Below, piece after piece: positions 9,658 to 20,000 of a stretch of DNA of 46,103 nucleotides (within the stretch, counting starts at the first letter, position 1; each line of letters opens with the position of its first letter). The stretch is from Bacteroidetes bacterium GWA2_31_9. Lineage in GTDB: Bacteria > Bacteroidota > Bacteroidia > Bacteroidales > GWF2-33-38. The position numbers and the translations under genes are program-made. Under the pieces are notes generated by a model. The model did no database searches and was not told the origin of the DNA. It saw only the letters and a program-made list of their open reading frames with translations. The stretch spans positions 1 to 46,103 of the forward strand of contig MEND01000098.1 in assembly GCA_001768975.1 (NCBI GenBank), in the 5' to 3' direction.

Positions 9658-10680
9658 ATGAATATGAAAACATTATATATAATTCTGGTTTTGTTATTTA
9701 TAACAAATGTTTTGTTAAGTCAGGATTTGCATTTATCTCAATATCAAGAAGCAAAATTATTGTTTAATCCAGCTTTAACAGGCGATTATGATGGCGATTA
9801 TAGAGTTCATCTTCAACATCGTTCGCAGTGGGGATCTGTAATAAAAAATCCTTTTAGAACAGAATTTTTCTCGTTTGATAAATCATTCAAACGAAAACTT
9901 AAAAGATTGCATGTAGGTATTTATGCTTTAAATTATAGAGCTGGAGTTGGAAAATTTAATTTATTCAATTTAATGGCTTCTGGTTCTTATGAAGTAACGA
10001 TTGATCCTTCAAATCAGCAACATTTAATTTTTGGAACTCAACTTGGAATGGTTCAAAATAGTTTTGATGTTAGTAGCTTTACGTTTGATAATCAGTTTAC
10101 AAGTGCAAACGGTGGAAGTTTTGACCAAAGTATAAATAGTGGTGAGACATTTGAAAAAACTAGTGTGCTAAAGCCAGATGTTAATTTTGGAGTACATTAT
10201 TTATTTCAAAATCGATTCAATTATTTTAACTCATCTGTCTATAAAGTAGCAACTTATAATCCCTATGCTGGAATAGTTGCATATCATCTTACTCAGCCTA
10301 ACCTAACCTTTTCTGAAGTTAAAAACAAACTTTATCGTCGATACTTTATGTATGCAGGTTGTAAAATAAAAGTAAATACTCCAATTTGTGTTGAACCTAG
10401 TTTTATTTATATGAGGCAGCTTAATATTAATGAATTTCAGATTAGTACAACCACTTATTATTTTGAAAAGAGTTATAATGTTTTCTTCTTTGCAACCCTA
10501 AATTTGCGACCAAAAGATGCTTTTATTGTTTCACTTGGAGCAATATATGGCAATTACAGAATCGGTGTTGGTTATGATATTAATACATCTCCATTAAAAG
10601 CAGTAACAAATAGTAAGGGTGCATTTGAAATTTCACTTACTTATACTAAATTTGATAATAAGACATATGCGATGTTTTAA
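9658..10680 (+). CDS. PorP/SprF-family T9SS outer-membrane protein, likely cognate partner of the upstream type-B CTD adhesin
   Basis: Signal peptide, then the family N-terminal signature QDLHLSQYQEAKLLFNPALTG. C-terminal beta-strand-like ending ..GAFEISLTYTKF. ATG lies 1 nt after the adhesin stop. Confidence 0.8.
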   Translation: MNMKTLYIILVLLFITNVLLSQDLHLSQYQEAKLLFNPALTGDYDGDYRVHLQHRSQWGSVIKNPFRTEFFSFDKSFKRKLKRLHVGIYALNYRAGVGKFNLFNLMASGSYEVTIDPSNQQHLIFGTQLGMVQNSFDVSSFTFDNQFTSANGGSFDQSINSGETFEKTSVLKPDVNFGVHYLFQNRFNYFNSSVYKVATYNPYAGIVAYHLTQPNLTFSEVKNKLYRRYFMYAGCKIKVNTPICVEPSFIYMRQLNINEFQISTTTYYFEKSYNVFFFATLNLRPKDAFIVSLGAIYGNYRIGVGYDINTSPLKAVTNSKGAFEISLTYTKFDNKTYAMF

Positions 10681-10705
10681 TTTCTATAAAATTAATGATT
10701 ATTAA

Positions 10706-11143
10706 ATGTTGAACGATGAATTTTTTATGAATGAAGCTCTTAAAGAAGCAAAAATTGCTTTCGAAAAAGGCGAAATTCCTATAGGAGCAGTTATTGTTTC
10801 AAATAATCAAATAATAGCTAGAGCTCATAATATGACAGAAACATTAAACGATGTTACTGCTCATGCCGAAATGATGGCGTTTACATCAGCATCAAATTAT
10901 CTTGGAAGTAAATATTTAAACGATTGCACACTATATGTAACTATAGAGCCCTGCACTATGTGTGCCGGAGCTTCTTATTGGACACAAATAGGGAAAATTG
11001 TTTATGGAGCTGACGATGATAAAAGAGGTTTTTCAAAAATTAATTCTCAAATTTTACATCCTAAAACCGAATTAATTAAAGGTGTTTTAAAAGATAAATG
11101 TGCTGAATTGATTATTCAGTTTTTTAAGTCTAAAAGAAATTAA
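10706..11143 (+). CDS. tadA: tRNA-specific adenosine deaminase
   Basis: CDA-fold zinc motifs HAEMMAF and PCTMCAGA, about 145 aa, MNEALKEAKIAFEKGEIPIGAVIV N-terminus. The start could be the internal Met 7 codons downstream. Confidence 0.85.
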   Translation: MLNDEFFMNEALKEAKIAFEKGEIPIGAVIVSNNQIIARAHNMTETLNDVTAHAEMMAFTSASNYLGSKYLNDCTLYVTIEPCTMCAGASYWTQIGKIVYGADDDKRGFSKINSQILHPKTELIKGVLKDKCAELIIQFFKSKRN

Positions 11144-11202
11144 TTTGAATTTATCACAATTTTTTTTTTACATTTATAATCTGATTCTAATTAATTTAAA
11201 AT

Positions 11203-13320
11203 ATGAGATATGTCTTTTTAGCAATATTATTATCTTTCATAATAAATAGCTTGGCATTTTCGCAAGAAAATAAAGTAAAAGTAAAACTTGAATTAAAAGA
11301 TTTAGCAAACGAAAAACTCATTCCCAAAAGTGGAATTGTAATATTCGAAATCGACAGAGCTTTAAGGCTTGCCAGACCCTCAGATGATGGTATTTATTTA
11401 TTTGACCTTTTACCAAACAAAAAATATAAAATTACATTTGATAAAGCTGGATATGTTATTGCCGAATTACAATTTAATACAAATCTTCCAGAAGGAACTT
11501 CATTAGCAAAATCTCCTTTGCTAAACTTTACTGCTTATGGAGTAAAAGGCTCAGAAGCAGAATCATATAAAAAAGAAAAAGTTTTTGTTTCATTTTCTGA
11601 CAATATAAAAAATTTCCAAATTCAAGAACCCGGAAGCAAAATTTTCAAAAGCACATCAGAAAATCTAAGCCCACTTCAACTAATTGGAGATAATGGAGTT
11701 CAAACAGCTCCTGATGTAAAGACGAAAATTGAACCACAAATACCTGCTGAAGTTCCCAAAATTGTTGAGAAAAAAGTTAAAGTACAGAAAAGCGATAGTA
11801 CATTCTGGTCAAAAGTTAGCGATGTTAAAGACAGTATTAAGTCTGTAACAAAGAATATTATTGAAAAGATTAAAAATCAATCTGTTGCTGATGGTTCGGA
11901 AGCTAAACAAAGCTCTGAAATTGTTTATGAGGCAATGTCCACAAAGGTTGATTCAATAATGGATATAAAAGAAAATGTTGAAGCAATAAATACAATAGAA
12001 CCTAAAGAGCTTGAGATAAAAAACACATATAAGTCACTCGAAAAACGTAGAGAAAGTATTGTTATGGCAAGGCAACTTCTCGAAGAAGCCAAACTTAATT
12101 GTAAAACAAAAGAAGATAGTCTTCAGGTTCAGGTTCGTGAGTTAAAAATCAATGAAGAAGAAGGAGACATTTTAATTGTTGAACAACAATTGGAAAATGC
12201 AAAAAAACAACTTTTGCTTCAAGAAGCTCAAATAAATGGACAAAAAATAGTAATTTACTCCTCATTAGTATTACTACTTATTTTATTTGTTTCGTTAATT
12301 TTTGTTTTTATTCAATTTAAAGCAAAGAAAAAAGCTTTTGCTTTGCTTGAACGACAACACGCTGAAATACAACAAAAAAACGAAGAAATTACAGCACAAC
12401 GAGATGAAATTGAAGCACAAAGAAATCTTTTAGGAGAACAAAAAACAACTATCGAGGCAATACTCGTTTCACTTACAGATAGTATTAATTATGCCGAACG
12501 TATTCAGATTGCAATGTTGCCTGATAATCAGGTACTAAACAATGTTTTTAAAGAAAATTTCATTCTGGATAAACCCCGAGATGTGGTAAGCGGCGATTTT
12601 TATTACTTTAAGCAAATTGAAGATTATTTTGTAATAGCAGTAGCCGATTGTACAGGGCATGGAGTTCCAGGAGCATTTATGAGTATGCTGGGCATAGCTT
12701 TTCTTAATGAATTAGTCGATAAATATTCTGACACATCAAAAATTCAAACATCTGAAATAGTCAATCATCTTCGCGAAAAAATTATTCGATCATTAAAACA
12801 ATCTGGAAACGAAGGCGAACAGCAAGACGGAATGGATATTGCAATTTGTACAATTGATTTAAAAGCAACTACAATAGAGTTTTCAGGTGCAAACAATGCT
12901 CTTTATTTGATTCGAGGAAAACAAAGCTTTAGCGAAGTTGAATTTGCCAATCAAGTGCCAAATTTCCAAGTTTTAGAAGCTCAAGATTCTGTGTTAATTG
13001 AGATTAAACCTGATAAAATGCCTGTAGGAATTTATACCCGAATGGAAAACTTTAATTCTCAAAAGTTCAATATTTTGAAAAATGACAGATTATACTTGTT
13101 TAGTGATGGATTTTCTGATCAACATGGAGGGGCTAGTGGACGCAAAATAAAATCACGAAAATTTAAAGAATTATTACTCGAATCTCATTCATTAAGAATG
13201 AATCAACAAATGGAGTTTTTAGAAAACTTTATTAACGACTGGAAAAAACACCTTGATAGTTTCGACAATAAACCATTCGAACAAACAGATGATATTTGCG
13301 TAATAGGAATTCAAGTATAA
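11203..13320 (+). CDS. Membrane-anchored PP2C/SpoIIE-family protein serine/threonine phosphatase: signal peptide, beta-rich N-domain, long coiled coil, one TM, cytoplasmic phosphatase
   Basis: TM segment IVIYSSLVLLLILFVSLIFVFIQF. The C-terminal domain has SpoIIE/PP2C motifs SGDFYYF, ADCTGHGVPGAFMSMLG, DGMDIAIC, FSDGFSDQ, DDICVIGI. Confidence 0.8.
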   Translation: MRYVFLAILLSFIINSLAFSQENKVKVKLELKDLANEKLIPKSGIVIFEIDRALRLARPSDDGIYLFDLLPNKKYKITFDKAGYVIAELQFNTNLPEGTSLAKSPLLNFTAYGVKGSEAESYKKEKVFVSFSDNIKNFQIQEPGSKIFKSTSENLSPLQLIGDNGVQTAPDVKTKIEPQIPAEVPKIVEKKVKVQKSDSTFWSKVSDVKDSIKSVTKNIIEKIKNQSVADGSEAKQSSEIVYEAMSTKVDSIMDIKENVEAINTIEPKELEIKNTYKSLEKRRESIVMARQLLEEAKLNCKTKEDSLQVQVRELKINEEEGDILIVEQQLENAKKQLLLQEAQINGQKIVIYSSLVLLLILFVSLIFVFIQFKAKKKAFALLERQHAEIQQKNEEITAQRDEIEAQRNLLGEQKTTIEAILVSLTDSINYAERIQIAMLPDNQVLNNVFKENFILDKPRDVVSGDFYYFKQIEDYFVIAVADCTGHGVPGAFMSMLGIAFLNELVDKYSDTSKIQTSEIVNHLREKIIRSLKQSGNEGEQQDGMDIAICTIDLKATTIEFSGANNALYLIRGKQSFSEVEFANQVPNFQVLEAQDSVLIEIKPDKMPVGIYTRMENFNSQKFNILKNDRLYLFSDGFSDQHGGASGRKIKSRKFKELLLESHSLRMNQQMEFLENFINDWKKHLDSFDNKPFEQTDDICVIGIQV

Positions 13321-13330
13321 TAAACAAAAT

Positions 13331-13810
13331 TTGAAAATAACTATATATACTGATGGTGCAGCTCGTGGCAATCCAGGTCCAGGCGGATATGGAGTAGTAT
13401 TAATATCTGGAGTTCATCGAAAAGAACTTTCACAAGGATTTAAACTAACAACAAACAACAGAATGGAGCTTTTAGCTGTAATAGTTGGATTAGAAGCATT
13501 AAAAAACGAAGGCTCAATTGTTGAAATATTTACAGACTCTCGCTATGTTGTTGACTCAGTTGAAAAAGGCTGGGTTTTAGATTGGGAAAAAAAATCATTC
13601 AAAAAAAAGAAAAATCCAGATTTGTGGATGCGGTTTTTAAAAATCTATCGAAAACATAAAGTAAAGTTTCATTGGATTAAAGGTCACTCAATGATAAAAG
13701 AAAACGAAGTATGCGATCAACTGGCGGTCAGAGCATCAATGGGAATTAACTTACCTGATGATTTGGGTTATCAATCTGAGGATAAAAATGACCAAACGAA
13801 GATTTTATAG
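13331..13810 (+). CDS. rnhA: Ribonuclease HI
   Basis: ITIYTDGAARGNPGPGGYGVVL, NNRMELLAVI, FTDSRYVV and HWIKGHSMIKENEVCDQLA give the D-E-D-H-D catalytic pattern. The only in-frame start giving the canonical N-terminus is TTG at 13331. Confidence 0.85.
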   Translation: MKITIYTDGAARGNPGPGGYGVVLISGVHRKELSQGFKLTTNNRMELLAVIVGLEALKNEGSIVEIFTDSRYVVDSVEKGWVLDWEKKSFKKKKNPDLWMRFLKIYRKHKVKFHWIKGHSMIKENEVCDQLAVRASMGINLPDDLGYQSEDKNDQTKIL

Positions 13811-14036
13811 CACTATTGTTGTACAATATTTATCAAAAAAAATCACCTATTCATCAAATTTAACGACATTTTAACATCTTAATAATAAAATATTAAGCAA
13901 TCATTCTGTCTGTATGTTTCAGATATTGAGCCGTTTATAGTTATCTGGATGAGATTGTAAATCAAGGAAAAAACCTCGTAAGAAAATAAACGTAATATTC
14001 AAAACAATTAATTAATATTTTTTAACATATTTTTTT

Positions 14037-14044
14037 TAATTTTG
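14037..14044 (+). promoter_or_regulatory. Candidate Bacteroidota -7 promoter box (TAatTTTG) upstream of the second adhesin
   Basis: Exact match to TAnnTTTG, 40 nt upstream of the ATG at 14084. No good -33 TTTG partner seen at canonical spacing. Confidence 0.3.
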
Positions 14045-14083
14045 CATTAGTAGTTGAAAAGATTAAATATTAAAATAACTTTT

Positions 14084-17000
14084 ATGAAAAAAATTTTCAA
14101 ATTAATGGTTATTGTTTTTTGCCTGTTTTTTGGCATTTCTAGAACAAATGCTCAAATAAACAATCTTGAAAAAATTAGTAAAGAAAATACGGAAAGTCAA
14201 ACTGTTTTAAAAAGTAATGAAACAGAAGTTAGGCGTATCCCTCGTAAAAAAGTTGAATCTAGCCCAGAGAAGGGTGTGGCAGAAACTAAAGAGAAAAAAA
14301 ACGATGAAAACAGCTCATTAACTGATAAAAAGTTTTCTAATGATTCACAATTAGAAATTACTGAACTAAATAAAAACATTCAAGCTCTTTCTAATGACGA
14401 GTGTTCAAATGCGCTTCCTATTGATGTTGTAAACTGTAGTTTAGCTTTTTATTATTCTTTCACAACAACAGGTGCAACAGCTTCCTCCGGAATTCCTGCT
14501 CCAGGTTGTGCAAGCTATTCTGGCGGAGACGTTTGGTTTAAAGTCGTTGTGCCAGCTTCAGGTCATATCATTTTTGATACATATGAGTATGATATCCTAG
14601 ATGGAGGAATGGCTATATATTCAGGAGATTGTACTTCTTTAACGTTAATTGAATGTGATGATGATGATGGGGTTGGATTAATGCCATATATTGACAGATC
14701 GGGTCTTACTCCTGGCTCTACAATTTATATTAGATTTTGGGAATATGGTAATAATGTAGCTGGCTACTTTTATTTAAGCATTTACGAGCCAGTGTCATCA
14801 ACATCAATTAATTTAAATGGGAATATGGGAACAGTAAGTGGTTGCTGTGTTGAATTATATGATAATGGCGGGACATTAGATTATGGGAACAATCAAAATT
14901 CCACAATAACATTTCAAACAACTGCAGGAAATAGGGTAAGAATGAGTATTTGGGATTTTGCAACAGAAAATGGGTGGGATTATCTTTGGATTTATGATGG
15001 ACCAAACACTTCAAGTCCATTAATGTTTAAATGGACAGGAATTCCTGCTTATATTCCAGATGCTGTTTCTTCAGGACAATACTTAACTGTCAAATTTACC
15101 TCTGACGGATCAGGTAAAGATGTTGGTTTTGCTGCTTATATTTTTTGCGAAGAGATTCCTCCTGCACCTGGTCTTTGTTCAGGAAATTCTCCTGCAAGTG
15201 ATAATTGTTCAAATTCAACACATATTTGTGATCCTAATCAATATTGTGGGAATACAAGTAGCTATTACACACCAGACCTTCCAGGAAATATGTGTAACGG
15301 ATGTGGTCTTTTTGGTGGAAGTATAGAAAATAATTCATGGATTTCTTTTACAGCAGCAGCAACAATAGCTACTTTACAATTTAATGTTACTAATTGTACA
15401 GATGCACTGGGAATACAATTTGGTATATATTCAGGGTCAAGCTGTAATAGCTTTACCTTACTCTCAAATGTTACAAATACTACAAATGCACAAATAGGTT
15501 CACAACAAATTTCTGCATCTGGTCTTACAGTTGGAAATACATATTATGTAATGGTAGATGGTTTTGCAGGTGATGTTTGCGACTATTCAATCACAGTAAT
15601 TGATGGAATAATGACAGGAACTGTTTCAGGAGATCAAACAGTATGCTATGGATCTACAGGAGTTACATATACAATGAATGCTATTGCTACTGGTTATAAC
15701 TGGTCTGTACCAACTGGTGCAACAATTACAGCAGGTTCCGGAACAAATACAATTACTGTAAATTGGGGAACAGCATCATCAGGTGATGTTGTATGTACTG
15801 CCAGTGCCGGAACTTGTGATGGGGCATCATCTACTTTAGCTGTTAATATTACTGTTCCTGCTACAGCATCTATTTCATATACAGGAACTCCATTTTGTAA
15901 ATCTTCTACATCGCAAACTGTTACATTAACAGGAACTGGAACATATACTGGTGGAACATATACAGCCAGTTCATCAAACTTATCAATTAATGGCACTACT
16001 GGCACAATAAATCCAAGTGCAAGTTTAGCTGGAACATATACTGTAACTTATACACTACCTGCAGTTGGTGGTTGTAGTACTATTATTGCAACAACTTCTG
16101 TAACAGTAAAACCTGCACTGACTGCTACTGCTACTGCATCAAATGTAAATTGCAACGGAGATGCAACTGGAGGTGTTTCTTTAACTCCTGGAGGTGGTAC
16201 TCCTAGTTATACATATAACTGGTCAAATTCTACAATTAGTCAGAATTTATCAAATGTTGTAGCTGGAGATTATTATGTTACTGTTACTGACGATAATAGC
16301 TGTACCGTTACAACTTCTGCAACTGTAACTCAACCTGCTTCAGCATTAACTGCTACAATAACTGGAAATAATCCTTCGTGTAACGGAAGTGCAAACGGCT
16401 CAGTTTCTGCTTCTGCTAGTGGTGGCACATCTGCATATTCATATTTATGGGATGATCCTGCTTTTCAAACAACATCTACTGCTTCAAATTTATTAGCAGG
16501 AACATATTCTGTAACTATTACAGACTTAAATGGTTGTAAATATTACGACAGTCAAGTTTTAAATCAACCATCTGCAATAACAATTACTGAAGCATCAAAT
16601 AATGATGCAACTTGTGGAAATGCTGATGGTAGTGCCTCAATTTCTGTTTCAGGAGGAACTTCTCCATATACTTATTTATGGACAGATGGCGAAACTTCAA
16701 ATTCAATCTCAGGAAAGCTCGCTGGCTCATATAATGTAACTGTTACTGATGCAAACTCTTGTTCAAATATTTTAGCTGTTGTAATAGGTAATGCAAGTGC
16801 TCCTGTTGCTAATTTAGATTCACAAACAAACATCTTGTGTAATGGTAATAATACAGGAAGTGCAACTATAACTTATTCTGGAGGAACCAGTCCTTATACT
16901 ATTATCTGGTCAAGTGGCGGAAACTCTACAACAGAATCTAATCTTATAGCTGGAAATTATTCTGTAACCGTAGAGGATGCTAATAATTGCCAAGCAACAG

Positions 17001-20000
17001 TTAATGTTACAATTACTCAACCGAATCCACTAAATGCACCTGTAACATCTCAAACAAATGTCAATTGTTTTGGAGAAAATAATGGTTCTGCTACAATTTC
17101 AGTAAGTGGTGGAGTTACACCATATTCTTATTCATGGTCGGCAGGAGGCTCAACAACAGCAACAAATGGTTCTTTAACAGCAGGAAACTATGATGTAACT
17201 GTTACTGATGCAAACAGTTGTACAAAGTTTACAAGTGTAACAATTACTGAACCATCTCAATTACTATCATCATTAAGTTCACAGACAGATGTAAATTGTA
17301 ATGGAGAATATAATGGCGAAGTAACTGTTACGGTAAGTGGTGGAACTTCTCCGTATAATTATGCGTGGTCATCAGGTGGTACAGGTTTAAATGAAACAGG
17401 TTTGAATGCTGGAACATATACATTTACAGCTACAGATAATCATGGTTGTACAACAAATTTATCTATTGATATTACTGAGCCACAAGCTTTAGCTGCTAGT
17501 GTTGCTTCGAGTTCAAATTTAACTTGTAATAGTTCAGCAGATGGGGATGTTACTATTAATGTTACTGGTGGAGTTACTCCATATACAATTTTATGGTCAA
17601 ATGGAAATACTGGTTTAAGTGACTCAAATCTTTCTGCTGGACTATATACTTTTACTGTAACTGATGCACATTCTTGTACTGATTCTGCTAGTGTAACATT
17701 AACAGAACCATTGATTTTAAATGCTGTAATATCATCTTATTCAGATGTTAACTGTAATGGGGGTAACGATGGCTCAGCAACAGTTATTGTTTCTGGAGGT
17801 ACAACCCCATATGCTTATAATTGGTCTAGTGGTGGTAACGGAGCTACTGAAAATAATTTATCATTCGGCACATATACAGTTACTGTAACAGATGTTAATA
17901 ACTGTGAGAACATTGTAACCGTTGATATTAATCAACCTGCAACACTTACATCTTCTATTGTAATTAATGACAGTATTAATTGTAATGGATTTAACAATGG
18001 TATATTGTCTGTTAACTATTCTGGAGGAACACCTCCATATAATATCATCTGGTCAAGTGGAGGGACAACTGATATTGAAAGTAATTTAGTTGCTGGCAAT
18101 TATGATGTTAGCATTACTGATGCCAATTTATGTACAACATCGGCAAGTATTAGCTTACCTGAACCTGAAGTATTAAATGCATCAATAATTGGAACAGATG
18201 TAAGTTGTAATGGAGGAAATGACGGTAGTGCCGATTTAACTGTAACAGGTGGAACTTCACCATATACATTTGAATGGTCAACTTTAGAAACAATCGAAGA
18301 TATTTCAGGATTGAATGCAGCTAACTTTGTAGTAACAGTTACAGACTATTATGGATGTATTGTAAATACTAATGTTAATATTAATGAGCCATCTGTACTA
18401 GCTTTAACACCAAGTTCAACCCAATCATCTTGTGGGAATACTGATGCAACTGCTTCAGTTACACCTTCTGGTGGTACAACTCCATATACCTACTTTTGGT
18501 CAAATTCTCAAACAACACAATCTATTTCATCTTTACCATCAGGGAGTTATTCTGTAACAGTTACCGACAACAATGGATGTAAAGATAGTCTTACAATTAG
18601 TATTAGCGATATGGGAGCTCCAGTAGCAGTTGCTACTGTTCAATCAAATGTTTCATGTTTTGGATATAACGATGGTTCTGCAACAGTTAATGTAACTTCA
18701 GGAAATAGTCCATTTACATACTTATGGAGCGATGCTTCTGCTCAAACTGACTCAATAGCAGTTTCATTAGTTGCCGACACCTATAGTGTTACAGTTTTTG
18801 ACGTGAATAATTGCAAAACAATAGAAACAATTACTATAACACAGCCTTTAGAGTTAATAAGTTCATATATAAAATCTGATGCCAGTTGTAATACTTTTAA
18901 TGATGGAAGTATTAATTTAACAGTAGCTGGAGGTATAACTCCATATTCATTTATTTGGGATGACATATTAAATTCAAATACTGAGGATTTGTCTGGCTTA
19001 ACTGCTGATAATTATAGTGTTACCATTACTGATGCTAATGGTTGTATCTCTAATTCTACTATTACGATAAATGAGCCAGACCAGATTATTGGGTCTATTG
19101 CTGTTACAAATGTAATTTGTAATAGTGGAAAAAATGGAGCTTTAGATTTAACTGTAACAGGTGGAACTAGCCCATATACATTTTTATGGAACGATTCTGG
19201 AAATAGTACTATAGAAGATTTAGTTGGACTACTAGCAGGAAATTATTCAGTCACAATTACTGATGCTAATAATTGCCAAACAATTGAAACTACAACAATA
19301 ACTGAACCTTCAGCAATTGTTTCAAATATTTCAGGTACTGATATCATTTGTTATGCTGGCACAAATGGTGCTGCTGACTTAACAGTTTCAGGAGGAACTA
19401 CACCTTATACTTTTTCTTGGTCAAATTCTGCTACTACTGAGGATATTTCTAATTTATCGTTTGGTAATTATTCTGTGAATATTTTTGATAATAATTTATG
19501 TTCAGCAACTGCAACTATTACCATTAATCAACCTACTGAACTTATAATTACTTTCAGTAATGTTGTAGATGCAATTTGTAGCGGAAACGGTGGTTCAGCT
19601 ACTGCCGATGTAACTGGAGGCGTTTCAGCATACACTTATGTTTGGGATTTTTATACAGGAAATCAAACTACTCAAACCGCATCAGGCTTAACATCAGGAA
19701 CATACCAGCTAACTGTAACTGACAATAATTTATGTACTGCAACAAATTCAGTTACAATAAATAGTTTAGCAGGAGGAACAGCAATCATAACTTCTTCAAC
19801 AAATAATAATTGCTTTGGAGATAAATTTGGTTCAGCAACAGCTTCCTTAACTATTGGTACATCTCCATACACTTATTTTTGGTCAAATTCTAATACTACT
19901 GCTACTGCAAACAACTTAACTGCAGGAACATATTCTGTAACTGTTACAGATGCAAACAATTGCGTTTCTAGCACATCAGTTACTATTTCAGAACCTACTG

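Noticed and set aside
14054-14083. TTG-initiated 5' extensions in the ORF track for the second adhesin (14054), sufC (36845) and sprE (26725)
   Set aside because: Downstream ATGs (14084, 36875, 26722) give canonical N-termini: a signal peptide, the SufC MLKIxDL start, and a lipoprotein signal.
13811-14083. Possible tRNA, sRNA or invertible promoter in the 273-nt gap upstream of the second adhesin (contains CAGATA-N16-TATCTG)
   Set aside because: There is no cloverleaf-compatible sequence. The inverted repeat is only 6 bp with a large loop in AT-rich DNA, and there are no flanking long inverted repeats typical of invertible promoters.
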